From the IMG/VR virus record IMGVR_UViG_3300006131_000005: 22,056 bases of DNA; one strand, written 5' to 3'. Source of the DNA: a virus (Duplodnaviria > Heunggongvirae > Uroviricota > Caudoviricetes). Positions 21,288 through 22,056 of the stretch are shown one piece after another. Within the stretch, counting starts at the first letter, position 1. Every line of letters starts with the position of its first letter. Below the pieces are notes generated by a model that had not been told where the DNA came from, searched no databases, and was given only the letters and a program-made list of their open reading frames with translations. The translations under genes and the position numbers were made by a program.

Positions 21288-22056
21288 ATGTATTCCATTT
21301 ATGCGGATGACGTCTGCATCTACAGCGACGTCTTTGCTCTGGAGAGCATGAAGGTTATAAGCCCCAAGCTGACGTTGGAGGACAACGCCGCCGGGTCCCT
21401 GACCATGAAGCTGCCCCAGAAGAATGTAGGCTACGGGAGCATTGCCCGCATGACCACGGATATTTCCGTTCAGAAGGACGGGGTAGAGATCTGGGCCGGG
21501 CGGGTGCTTTCGGAGAGCATGGACTTTTACAACAACCGGGACCTCTACTGCGAGGGGGAACTGGCCTATTTCAACGACAGCACCCAGCCTCCAGCGGAGT
21601 TTTCAGGTCAGAGTATCCGAGCCTATCTGGAAGAGCTGATTCGGGTCCACAATTCCAAGGTTGGGGCTAACCGGCAGTTCTCTATCGGCGCGGTTACGAT
21701 GGTGGACGAGAATTTTCCTACTTACTACACCAACAACGACAAAACCTTAGCGATACTTAACGCCCTAATCGAGAAGTACGGCGGTCATATGCGGGTAAGG
21801 AAGGTTGACGGGGTCCGGTATCTGGACTATCTGGCTGAATATCCTGACACATGTAGCCAGGTCATCCAGTTTGGCTCCAATATGATCGACTTTACCAAGC
21901 AATGGGACTCTACGGAGTTCGCCACGGTCATTGTGCCTCTCGGCAACCGGTTGGACGACAGCCCCATCGAGGCACTGGACGCCTATCTGACGGTGGAAAG
22001 CGTGAACAACGGGAGTATGTATGTTAAATCGGACGAGGCTTTCGCCGCCTATGGTT
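21288..22056 (+). CDS. Tail-associated hub protein (Tal/prophage tail family), 3' truncated by the window end
   Basis: Not in the ORF track. My translation from ATG 21288 (RBS AGGGAGG) is open to the end: MYSIYADD...PKLTLEDNAAGSLTMKLP...IWAGRVL...YCEGELAYFNDS...RYLDYL...IQFGSNMIDF...ATVIVPLG, typical of Tal N-terminal domains. Confidence 0.8.
   Translation, partial: MYSIYADDVCIYSDVFALESMKVISPKLTLEDNAAGSLTMKLPQKNVGYGSIARMTTDISVQKDGVEIWAGRVLSESMDFYNNRDLYCEGELAYFNDSTQPPAEFSGQSIRAYLEELIRVHNSKVGANRQFSIGAVTMVDENFPTYYTNNDKTLAILNALIEKYGGHMRVRKVDGVRYLDYLAEYPDTCSQVIQFGSNMIDFTKQWDSTEFATVIVPLGNRLDDSPIEALDAYLTVESVNNGSMYVKSDEAFAAYG

Noticed and set aside
265-22056. Alternative genetic code (stop-codon reassignment seen in some gut phages)
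   Set aside because: Genes are full length under code 11, and TAG, TGA and TAA all act as stops at sensible gene boundaries.
1-22056. tRNA/rRNA genes, integrase/att site, IS elements, introns or inteins
   Set aside because: No cloverleaf, recombinase or transposase motifs were seen; terL and portal are of normal length and uninterrupted. Prophage versus free phage cannot be decided from this window.

Overview
The window is a contiguous, intact, all-plus-strand late (morphogenesis) region of a long-tailed, siphovirus-type dsDNA phage or prophage. Strong AAGGAGG-type ribosome-binding sites, moderately high GC and an amidase/SH3 lysin suggest a Gram-positive (probably Clostridia-like) host; this is inference. 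Gene order: structured non-coding leader, putative small terminase, HNH nuclease, stand-alone SH3-like protein, head-tail adaptor, two paralogous small proteins with an HxGxxGMKWGxRR leader, large terminase, a third leader-bearing protein, portal, fused prohead protease/major capsid, head closure, tail terminator, major tail, two tail chaperones, lysozyme-amidase-SH3 lysin, HK97 gp10-like neck protein, 2747-aa tape measure, distal tail protein, and a truncated Tal/baseplate hub. No integrase, tRNA, CRISPR or host gene is visible. Most interesting signals: (1) an [L/I/M]-x-H motif covers all six histidines of the protease-capsid linker and also precedes the shared leader of the three small proteins, suggesting a His-specific maturation protease and a family of leader-targeted internal head proteins; (2) an 8-mer, TCAAAATG(R), found 9 times on the + strand and not on the - strand by manual scan, in all three reading frames and often about 1.7-2.0 kb apart; (3) strong in-frame internal starts in the capsid and lysin genes; (4) two structured non-coding elements, one carrying an anti-Shine-Dalgarno sequence.
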